NCBI GenBank assembly: GCA_963668645.2
Contig: CAXXWC010000008.1
Span: forward strand, 1 to 64,000
Direction of reading: 5' to 3'
Length of the DNA stretch: 64,000 bases
Origin: Desulfobacterales bacterium
GTDB taxonomy: Bacteria; Desulfobacterota; Desulfobacteria; Desulfobacterales; UBA2174
Shown: positions 52,952-60,885 of the stretch, piece by piece
Layout: each line of letters opens with the position of its first letter
Numbering within the stretch: the stretch's first letter is position 1
Notes under the pieces: model-generated
The model's input: the letters and a program-made list of their open reading frames with translations, nothing else
What the model was told of the DNA's origin: nothing
The model's database searches: none
Program-made: the position numbers and the translations under genes

Positions 52952-54758
52952 GGCTCACCTGCTTGAGATTGACATGGATCACAAACCGCAGTACCTGGCC
53001 TTCGGACTCGAAATCGACCGTCTTGCTGTCTTGGATCGTGGTGTCCCCGAAAAGGGGTGAATTGCGGATGCGGAACAGATAGCTGGACAGGTGGGTTTCG
53101 AAGCTGATTTTGTCTTCTTTGATAAATCCTTCCAACACGAGAAAACGGGCCTGTTTGGTCTCGGGCCGATCCATTTCCAAGCGTACGTTCAAAAGTCGGA
53201 TATTCGCAGGGGTGATGGCCGACAACTCGGCCAACACCGCTACCGGGGTGAATTTTTGGACGTATGCGCGCAATGTCGATGTGCGTTTGAGATAATCGGC
53301 CGCCATGCGGTTGATCCGGTTTGACGTGAGCAGCGGCGTTTGGGTATCCAGCTTTTGCTGAACCCGTTGATTTTGACGCCGGGCTTGGGCCAGTTCCTGC
53401 CGGGCCTGGAACAGGAAGATGGCGGTAATCAAGGCCAAAGCTAAAAATCCCACTCCCACCAGGGTGCCGTTCCGTCGCACGATTTTTTGTTTTTCCCGGT
53501 CCTGGGCGGTAAACAGAAAATTCGGTGTGATGTCATTGGATGACATGGCCAGGCCCGTTGCCAGCGCCAGGGCGATGCGCTGGGCGTCGTTGAGCGAGGT
53601 GATGCCGGGCGCGACATGGGGGATGGCAGGGTGGAGCGGATCGAGGACGATGGTTTTCAGGCCGAGCTGTTCCTGGAAAAACGCAAGGACTCCTGCAGCG
53701 CTCGCCAGCCGCCCGCATAGATAGAGCCGGGTGGGAGTAGGGTGGCCCAGCACGTTGGCGCAATGGTCGATGGTCCGCTCGACTTGGCGAACCAGGCGGT
53801 CAAGGGTGGGCTGGATCATCGTCCGGACATCTTCCGGCGATGCCGTTTCAGGCGGTGCGTTCTCTTCGAGCCGGGCGATCAAATTCAAGGCCCGCGCCCG
53901 CGCTTGCGAGTCTTGCGGCGCATAGTCGTCTGGCATGGGGCCTTGGGTTTCCAGGATATCCTCCGCCATGCTTTCAAGGCCGGTCTTGATGACCCGGCTC
54001 AGGAGAATGCGTTCGGCGCCATGGATATCGATGGTGGAGCTGTCCCGCCCAATGGACAAAACGGCAAAGGCTTCGGCGCCCGGATCGATACGCCGGCTGA
54101 CCAGCAGATTTTGCAGCGCGAAGGAAGAGAGGGTGATCCCCTCAAGCGGGAAGCCGGCCCTGGCAAACACTTTTTTGAGAAGACCGACTTCCTCGCGCGG
54201 GGCGGCGAAGATCTCCACGGCCAGTTTTTTGGCCCCGCTGTCGGTGGTTTCTCCAAGAATCCGGTAGTCGAAGGCCGTCGCGCCTTCATCGAAGCCTTTT
54301 TCTCTTTTGGCCGTCCAGAAAACGGCGTTGTGGATATCCTTTTTTATCGGCGGAATGCTGATTTGCCAGATCTCGCCCTTGTCGGTGGGGATCAGGGTCC
54401 AGATGCGCGATTTTTTTATTCCGTCGACGCGTTGCAGGGTTTGGCGCAGCAAAGCGATGAATTCAGGGCGGTCCGGTGGGCCCGGCGTCTTCGACACGGC
54501 TGTGAAAGCCTGTTGGGTATGCCAGGTGCCGGCGGTCCTGGCCATCTTGACAACCCTCAGGGTATCTGCCTGGATTTCCACTCCCACGACGATGTTGGCG
54601 CCAAAAGAAAGGCTTTTTTTCTCCTGGCCGGGCGAAGAGAGCCCGGGAAGGTCAACCGCTTCTTCGGCGACAAGGGGATCCGAAGACTGCCGGTCGTTCC
54701 CCTTGCGGATCACGTCCAGCAGCTTTTCCGTAGCGGAAATCTCATTCTCCGTTGACAA
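52938..54758 (-). CDS. PilM-PilN fusion (GspL-like architecture)
   Basis: Actin-like N-domain (VGVEI, FDYRIL, LYLCG, ALATGLAM), then PNF, TM, coiled coil and a PilN-like domain (LAELSAITP, NSPLF). Confidence 0.75.
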   Translation of the reverse strand: MSTENEISATEKLLDVIRKGNDRQSSDPLVAEEAVDLPGLSSPGQEKKSLSFGANIVVGVEIQADTLRVVKMARTAGTWHTQQAFTAVSKTPGPPDRPEFIALLRQTLQRVDGIKKSRIWTLIPTDKGEIWQISIPPIKKDIHNAVFWTAKREKGFDEGATAFDYRILGETTDSGAKKLAVEIFAAPREEVGLLKKVFARAGFPLEGITLSSFALQNLLVSRRIDPGAEAFAVLSIGRDSSTIDIHGAERILLSRVIKTGLESMAEDILETQGPMPDDYAPQDSQARARALNLIARLEENAPPETASPEDVRTMIQPTLDRLVRQVERTIDHCANVLGHPTPTRLYLCGRLASAAGVLAFFQEQLGLKTIVLDPLHPAIPHVAPGITSLNDAQRIALALATGLAMSSNDITPNFLFTAQDREKQKIVRRNGTLVGVGFLALALITAIFLFQARQELAQARRQNQRVQQKLDTQTPLLTSNRINRMAADYLKRTSTLRAYVQKFTPVAVLAELSAITPANIRLLNVRLEMDRPETKQARFLVLEGFIKEDKISFETHLSSYLFRIRNSPLFGDTTIQDSKTVDFESEGQVLRFVIHVNLKQVSHERT

Positions 54759-54801
54759 GGTGTCGCCTCCTGTCCGGCTGAACTCGCATCCTGCACCTGG
54801 G

Positions 54802-56079
54802 TCAGTCGGTCCGATAGATGTCCTTCAACCCTTCTATCACATCCTGCAAGGAGCTTGACTCCTCAATATGGTAAAAATATTTTTTCTCCGGGTCCAGGTC
54901 CTGCATTCGCCGGGCTGCTGAAACGTCAATCCGGTGCGGATCGACATTGCCGCCCACTGCAGTCCGAGCCCCTTTGGGCATTTTGAAAAGGCAGCTATCT
55001 TGAGGCTCCGGATTGACCAGCGGACTTTCATAGTAAGGTCCGCTCTCTGCCCCGCTGGCCGGACCGATGCTCCAGGAAGGGGGGTTGAATTTTTCCTGCC
55101 GATCCAGGTAGTCCGTTTTGTACTGGGCGAAGGTGGACATCCCCTGGGAAAAATTCATCTGCATGACGTTTTCCAATTGGGAAATTTTGTTGTCACGGAT
55201 CAGGCCACTGACCGAGCTGTTGGCACGCAGAATGGAGAGCACCGGAATCCTGAAACCGTGTTTTGGTGACAGGTGAAGATGCTGCGCCATGATGACTTTC
55301 AAAGAGGTGGAAAGCTGGTAGCGGATCAGTTCGTGTACTTCCAGAGGAAAAGAATTGCCAAAACGATATAGGCATTCCTGCACATTAGCCGCGTGCATGG
55401 AGGCGATAACCAGATGGCCGGATTCGGCCGCGTTAAGCGTCAGGCGCATCGCTTCCGTTTCACGCAATTCGCCGACCACGATCACATCAGGATCCTCGCG
55501 CAGGACGTCCAGCAGACCGCGTTCGTAAGTCGGAAAGTGGGCGCCAAGCTCCCGTTGTTCGATGAAGGACTGTTCGGATTTGAATCGATACTCAATCGGG
55601 TCTTCCAGGGTGATGATATGCGCCGCCATGGTCATGTTAATATGCTTGACAAGAGCGGCTATGGTAGTGCTTTTACCGGCCCCGGTCGGGCCGCAGATCA
55701 GGATCAGGCCGGATTTGAATCGGGTGTAATCTTTTACCGATGGGTGCAGGTTGAGTGCCGCAATGCTCGGGATGTGGCCTGAAAGCAGTCGTACCGCCAT
55801 GCTCAATCCACGGCTGGTGTTGAACACATTGATCCGGATGCGATGGTTTTTTATGCTTGCGGCGAAATCCACGGAATGCCGGCTGCGCAAAAGGTTCAAC
55901 CGGTACGGATTGAGCATGCTTTGGACCAGGGTATCCACTTCTTGGGCGGTCCACGCCAAGCGATTGTCGAATTTGATGACACCGTTTTGTCTGAAAACAA
56001 GAGGATGCCCACCGGAAATATGCAAGTCCGAAAACTGGGATCTGACGGCTGCCTCGATCAGGTTGGCAAACTTTTCCAT
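54802..56079 (-). CDS. pilT: PilT/PilU-family retraction ATPase
   Basis: SDLHI, GPTGAGKSTT, TLEDPIE, LREDPDVIVVGELR and AAESGHLV. Confidence 0.82.
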   Translation of the reverse strand: MEKFANLIEAAVRSQFSDLHISGGHPLVFRQNGVIKFDNRLAWTAQEVDTLVQSMLNPYRLNLLRSRHSVDFAASIKNHRIRINVFNTSRGLSMAVRLLSGHIPSIAALNLHPSVKDYTRFKSGLILICGPTGAGKSTTIAALVKHINMTMAAHIITLEDPIEYRFKSEQSFIEQRELGAHFPTYERGLLDVLREDPDVIVVGELRETEAMRLTLNAAESGHLVIASMHAANVQECLYRFGNSFPLEVHELIRYQLSTSLKVIMAQHLHLSPKHGFRIPVLSILRANSSVSGLIRDNKISQLENVMQMNFSQGMSTFAQYKTDYLDRQEKFNPPSWSIGPASGAESGPYYESPLVNPEPQDSCLFKMPKGARTAVGGNVDPHRIDVSAARRMQDLDPEKKYFYHIEESSSLQDVIEGLKDIYRTD

Positions 56080-56394
56080 CAGGATCGTTCCTTCCGGCGG
56101 TCGCAACGCTTTTCGCCATTCTGGGACAAATCCAGCCAGGTGATTTTGTAGCGGTCGCAAGCGGTTTTTGGGGGGCTGCTTGGCTGAAGATTGAGCCTAA
56201 AATCGTTTTGCAGCCATGTAACTTATCAATCTCATTATTAATATCTCTATAAAATACACCGGGGCATGTCAAGCAGTAAAAAGTGTATTTTCGTTTCCAA
56301 AAAATCTTCAAATGAATCTGCTATTGCATGCATCGAGCCTGGCCGGCAACCGGCCCCTATTGACGCCTGGCATCGACCCGCGTAAGTCCATGTA

Positions 56395-56946
56395 ATGGAG
56401 CCAAACCGCATCCCATCCCTGGTGAGAAGCATCCTTCAGGGCCGGACGGAGCTTTTTACCGAACTGGTCGGCGAATTTCAAAAGCCGATTTACAATCTTG
56501 CCCTGCGCATGACCGGTTCGCCTGATGATGCTGCCGACCTGACCCAGGAGATTTTCGTGCGTGCCTGGATCAAATTGGACAGGTACGATCCTCAAAGAAA
56601 ATTTTTTACCTGGTTGTACACCCTGGCACTCAATCTGATTCGCAACCATTTGAAGAAAAGTTCGCGTCCATTTTGTGACGGGGTGCAGCCCTTTCACGAC
56701 CTGCCTCTTTCTTCTGAAGAGATCGATCCGGCTGCCGTGCTGGCCCGTAAAGAGGAAAAGGGGCGGATTGAGCGGCTTGTGCTGCGTCTTCCGGCGAACC
56801 AGCGAGAGGCTCTTTTGCTGCGGTTTTTCAGCGAATTGCCCTATGATGAAATCGCCGCCATTTTGGGTATTTCCCAAAGCGGTGTCAAGATGCGCGTCAG
56901 CCGCGCTCTGGCGCGGCTGCGCGTCCTGCTCGAAGAGGAGGACTGA
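56395..56946 (+). CDS. ECF sigma factor
   Basis: DAADLTQEIF, FFTWLYTLALN, and region 4 LPYDEIAAILGISQSGVKMRVSRA. Confidence 0.92.
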   Translation: MEPNRIPSLVRSILQGRTELFTELVGEFQKPIYNLALRMTGSPDDAADLTQEIFVRAWIKLDRYDPQRKFFTWLYTLALNLIRNHLKKSSRPFCDGVQPFHDLPLSSEEIDPAAVLARKEEKGRIERLVLRLPANQREALLLRFFSELPYDEIAAILGISQSGVKMRVSRALARLRVLLEEED

Positions 56947-56966
56947 GGCCGTAATCTGAAAACGGT

Positions 56967-58280
56967 TCAACCGATTTTAGCGGCAATCCGCCGCATTTCG
57001 TCCATGATGCCCAAAACATCGGCCGTCTGCAGGACCCGGTCGCGCACCACGACCTGCCCGTCGATCAAGACGTCCCGCACATCGGCCCCGGTGGCGGCAT
57101 AGACCACGGCCGAGGCCGGATGGTAGACCGGTACCAGATGGGGCCGGTCCGCCTTGAGCACAATGAGGTCCGCCCGCTTTCCCGGTTCAATGGAGCCGAT
57201 GACATCCCCCAACCCGATGGCCTTGGCCCCGCCGATGGTGGCCATTTCCACCACCTGGCGAGCGCCCAGGACCGTGGGCCGGCCGGCGGCCGTCTTGTGG
57301 AGTTTGGCGGCTGTGTCCATTTCCCGCAGCAGATCGAGATCGTTGTTGCTGGCACAACCGTCGGTGCCCAGGCCCACCGTGATCCCCGCGGCCAGCAAAG
57401 CGGGTACCGGCGCGATCCCGGAGGCAAGCTTCATGTTGCTCTGGGGATTGTGCGATACGGCGGTCCGGCGCCTGACCAGGATTTGGATATCGGCCTCGTC
57501 CACCCAAACGGCATGCACCGCCAGGGCTCCGGCATCCCACAGATCAAGATCATCGAGCCAGGCCACTGGTGAAAACCGGTGCGCTTCGATGCTCCGGTGC
57601 CGCTCGGCCTCGGTTTCGGCCACGTGAATCTGAAACAGGCACCCGGCCCGGCGCGCCGCCTCCCGCGCTTTTACCAGGGTGTCCCGGCCGCAGGTGTACG
57701 GTGAATGGCAGAAGATCGACGGGCAGATGCGTTCGTATCGCCCTTGCCAGCGGGCCACGAAATCCCGGGCCACGTCAACGTTGCGGCCGGGATCGGCCAC
57801 CCCGGGGGCCGGAAAGTCGATGACGCCCTGGCCGATCACGGCCCGCAGGCCCATGCCGGCGACCGCTTCGGTTACCTGGTCGGCGAGAAAGTAGCCGTCG
57901 CAGCAGCAGGTGGTCCCTCCGAGGAGCAGTTCGGCGCAGGCCAGCCGGGTGCCGCTACGCACGGTTTCAGGGGTAATGTGACGCGCTTCGGCCGGAAAGA
58001 TGCGCTCCTGGAGCCATTCCATGAGGGGTAGATCGTCGGCCAAGCCGCGAAAGAGCGTCATGGGAAGGTGGGTGTGGGTGTTGACCAGCCCCGGCATGAC
58101 GATCCCGCCGCCGGCATCCAGATGGGCGGTGGCCGGTAGCAGCGGATCCTTCGCGTTCCAAGGTCCTGCCTGGACGATGCGCCCATGGCGGATGGCGACC
58201 ATCCCGGGCCGGTGAACCTCGAAGGCTGGATTGACCGTCATTACGATGCCGTTATGGATGACCAGATCGTAGTGATTCAT
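56967..58280 (-). CDS. MTA/SAH deaminase-family amidohydrolase
   Basis: PGLVNTHTH, HVAET, SNMKLASG and GTDGCASNN. Confidence 0.88.
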   Translation of the reverse strand: MNHYDLVIHNGIVMTVNPAFEVHRPGMVAIRHGRIVQAGPWNAKDPLLPATAHLDAGGGIVMPGLVNTHTHLPMTLFRGLADDLPLMEWLQERIFPAEARHITPETVRSGTRLACAELLLGGTTCCCDGYFLADQVTEAVAGMGLRAVIGQGVIDFPAPGVADPGRNVDVARDFVARWQGRYERICPSIFCHSPYTCGRDTLVKAREAARRAGCLFQIHVAETEAERHRSIEAHRFSPVAWLDDLDLWDAGALAVHAVWVDEADIQILVRRRTAVSHNPQSNMKLASGIAPVPALLAAGITVGLGTDGCASNNDLDLLREMDTAAKLHKTAAGRPTVLGARQVVEMATIGGAKAIGLGDVIGSIEPGKRADLIVLKADRPHLVPVYHPASAVVYAATGADVRDVLIDGQVVVRDRVLQTADVLGIMDEMRRIAAKIG

Positions 58281-58436
58281 CGGCTCTCTTTTACCCCCAT
58301 CCCCATCAGTTGTCCATCCGCGGCCGTGTGCGACCTGGTCAAGCTTACGGGCTTGACCCCGCCACCCGGGATTGGATAAGGGTGCAGACTGAAACCCGGC
58401 CTCGGCCGCCACCTAAACCCAAGACGGAAACGTGCC

Positions 58437-59747
58437 ATGCCTGCCAATGATCTGTTTATTTGCAACGGAACGGTACTGACCCTCGACACGAATGCCAGGA
58501 TTATTCCCCACGGATATGTGACCGTGCACGATGGGCGCATCACTGCCGTGGCGCCGGGTGATCCGCCCCCGGCCGCAAGTGAGGTTCTGGATGCCGACGG
58601 GGGGTTGATTCTGCCAGGCCTGGTCAACACCCACACCCATGCGGCCATGACGCTCTTTCGCGGCTTGGCCGACGATCTGCCCCTGATGGAGTGGCTCGAA
58701 AATTATATTTTTCCCGTGGAAGGGCGCATGGATGCCGACTTCGTTTACACCGGCGCCTCCCTGGCATGCGCCGAGATGATCCGCTCGGGCACCACCTGCT
58801 TCGGCGACATGTACCTTTTCGCCCACGAGGTGGCCCGGGCGGCCCGCGATTGCGGGGTGCGCGCCGTGGTGGGCGAAGTGCTCTACGATTTTCCTTCGCC
58901 CAACTACGGTCCTATCGAGGCAGGCTTGGCCTATACCCGCGAACTCATCGAAACCTGGAAGAGCGATCCTCTTATCTCGGTGGCCGTCCAGCCCCATGCG
59001 TTGTACACCTGTGCGCCAGAGCTTCTTCAGCAAGCCGGTTGCATCGCGCGCGAGTTCGGCGTCCCGCTGATCATGCACCTTTGCGAGACCCAAAGCGAGA
59101 CCAGCCAGATCGAGTCACGCTACGGCCTGCGGCCCGTGGCCCACCTCGACCGTCTTGGTCTGCTGGATGCCAACCTGATCGCCGACCATGCCATCTGGCT
59201 GACGCCTGAAGAGATCGGCCTGCTGGCCGCAAGGGGGGTGCGGGTGGCCCACTGCGCCGAGAGCAACATGAAGCTCGCCTCTGGGGTGGCGCCTTTGCCG
59301 GAGCTGTTGGCCGCCGGGGTGCCGGTGGGGTTGGGCACCGACGGCTGCGCCAGCAACAACGACCTGGATCTTTTCGGCGAAATGGACACCGTGGCCAAGC
59401 TCCACAAGGTCCAGCGCCTGGACCCGACCATCATCGACGCCGCCACGGTGCTGCGCCTGGCCACCATCGAGGGGGCCAGGGTCCTGGGTCTGGCCGACCG
59501 CATCGGGAGCCTTGAACCGGGCAAGCGGGCCGATATCATCGTGGTCGATACCCGCCAACCCCATCTCACGCCCCTTTACAATCCGGTCTCCCATCTGGTC
59601 TATGCCGCCCGGGGGGCCGATGTCCGCCACACGGTGATCGACGGGCGGATTGTGATGCGCGACCGGCACCTTCTTGGCATCGATCTGGATGCCCTGCTTG
59701 AAAAGGCCCGGGCCAAGGCCCAGTTGGTCGGCTGCTGGCTGGCCTGA
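58437..59747 (+). CDS. MTA/SAH deaminase-family amidohydrolase (MtaD-like)
   Basis: PGLVNTHTH, DMY, PHALYT, HLCET, SNMKLASG and GTDGCASNN. Confidence 0.9.
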   Translation: MPANDLFICNGTVLTLDTNARIIPHGYVTVHDGRITAVAPGDPPPAASEVLDADGGLILPGLVNTHTHAAMTLFRGLADDLPLMEWLENYIFPVEGRMDADFVYTGASLACAEMIRSGTTCFGDMYLFAHEVARAARDCGVRAVVGEVLYDFPSPNYGPIEAGLAYTRELIETWKSDPLISVAVQPHALYTCAPELLQQAGCIAREFGVPLIMHLCETQSETSQIESRYGLRPVAHLDRLGLLDANLIADHAIWLTPEEIGLLAARGVRVAHCAESNMKLASGVAPLPELLAAGVPVGLGTDGCASNNDLDLFGEMDTVAKLHKVQRLDPTIIDAATVLRLATIEGARVLGLADRIGSLEPGKRADIIVVDTRQPHLTPLYNPVSHLVYAARGADVRHTVIDGRIVMRDRHLLGIDLDALLEKARAKAQLVGCWLA

Positions 59748-59799
59748 AGCTGGGCGAGCAGGGGGGCGGTCTTCTGATTTTTGCTCCAGGCTGCGAACC

Positions 59800-60621
59800 T
59801 CAAAGTGCTGCGATCACTGCATCGATGAGCACCGCCAGTTGCGGGGCCACGTCGTTGGCCACGGCCACGATCTGTTCCAAACTGGCCAGCACCGGGCGGT
59901 CCGGGTCGTTGACGTTGGTGATGGTCGAAAGCCCCAAGATCCGCATGCCGGCATGGGTCGCCGTGATGGTCTCCATCACGGTGGAGAACCCAACCGCCTG
60001 GGCTCCGATGGTTTTTAAAAAACGCACTTCGGCCGGGGTTTCCAGCGAAGGGCCGAGCAGCCCGGCATAGACGCCCTGGCGCAGCGGTGCGCCGATTTCC
60101 AGGGCTTTGCGGACAGCCGTCGCTTCCAATCCGGAGTCGTAGACCCGGGACATGTCCGGAAAGCGTGGTCCCCAGTTGTTTTGGTTCGCCCCGCACAGGG
60201 GGTTGGCCCCGGTCAGATTGATGTGATCGCGGATCAGCATGATATCGCCCGGGGTAAAGGCCGGGTCGAGCCCGCCGGCGGCGTTGGTGACGATCAGAAC
60301 GCGCACTCCCAATTCCTGCATGACCCGCACCGGAAACGTGACCTCCAGCGGGCTGTACCCCTCGTAAAGGTGAAAGCGTCCCCTGAAGGCCATCAGCAGC
60401 CGGCCGGCCACCCGGCCAACCGACAACCGGCCGGCATGTCCGGTCACCGTGGACCGGGGAAAATGGGGCAGGTGAAGATAGTCGAAATCGACGGCTTCAG
60501 TCATGGTGGGCACCCCGCCGCCCAATCCGGTGCCGCTGATCAGGCCCACTTCGGGCCGCTCCCTGATATACTGTTTGATATACGCGGCCGTCTCTTCGGC
60601 CAGAACTTTATTGCGGATCAT
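59800..60621 (-). CDS. punA: Purine nucleoside phosphorylase (trimeric, 6-oxopurine type)
   Basis: SGTGLG, GHAG, GRFHLYEG, TNAAGG, DHIN, GPSLETPAE, STVME and ITN; start could be 60636. Confidence 0.88.
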   Translation of the reverse strand: MIRNKVLAEETAAYIKQYIRERPEVGLISGTGLGGGVPTMTEAVDFDYLHLPHFPRSTVTGHAGRLSVGRVAGRLLMAFRGRFHLYEGYSPLEVTFPVRVMQELGVRVLIVTNAAGGLDPAFTPGDIMLIRDHINLTGANPLCGANQNNWGPRFPDMSRVYDSGLEATAVRKALEIGAPLRQGVYAGLLGPSLETPAEVRFLKTIGAQAVGFSTVMETITATHAGMRILGLSTITNVNDPDRPVLASLEQIVAVANDVAPQLAVLIDAVIAAL

Positions 60622-60802
60622 CACTTTTCGTCCCATCGATAAAGAGTTACTCTCGGATCCATGCATCCGGTCCGCCTTCATCCGGCGGCTGAGCGCTGGA
60701 ATTTTGCATAAAGCTGCGGTGCGATGGACGTTGAGGCCATAGCAGATTTGCCGCCAGCCGAAAAGAGTCGGAGCCGGATAGGCTGGACTGCCCGGCACTG
60801 CG

Positions 60803-60832
60803 TTGACACGCTGTTGGCGATTTGCCTAAAAT
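60803..60832 (+). promoter_or_regulatory. Putative sigma70 promoter of gcvT-glyA
   Basis: TTGACA-N18-TAAAAT about 55 bp upstream of the ATG. Confidence 0.55.
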
Positions 60833-60885
60833 CAAATAATTGTCCGCTGTCGCATCGTTCATTTGGGTTAGAGAGGAGCAGGTCT

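Noticed and set aside
60640..60885. Expected glycine riboswitch upstream of gcvT
   Set aside because: No GGAGA...CCGAAG aptamer pattern is visible and the predicted leader is only about 50 nt.
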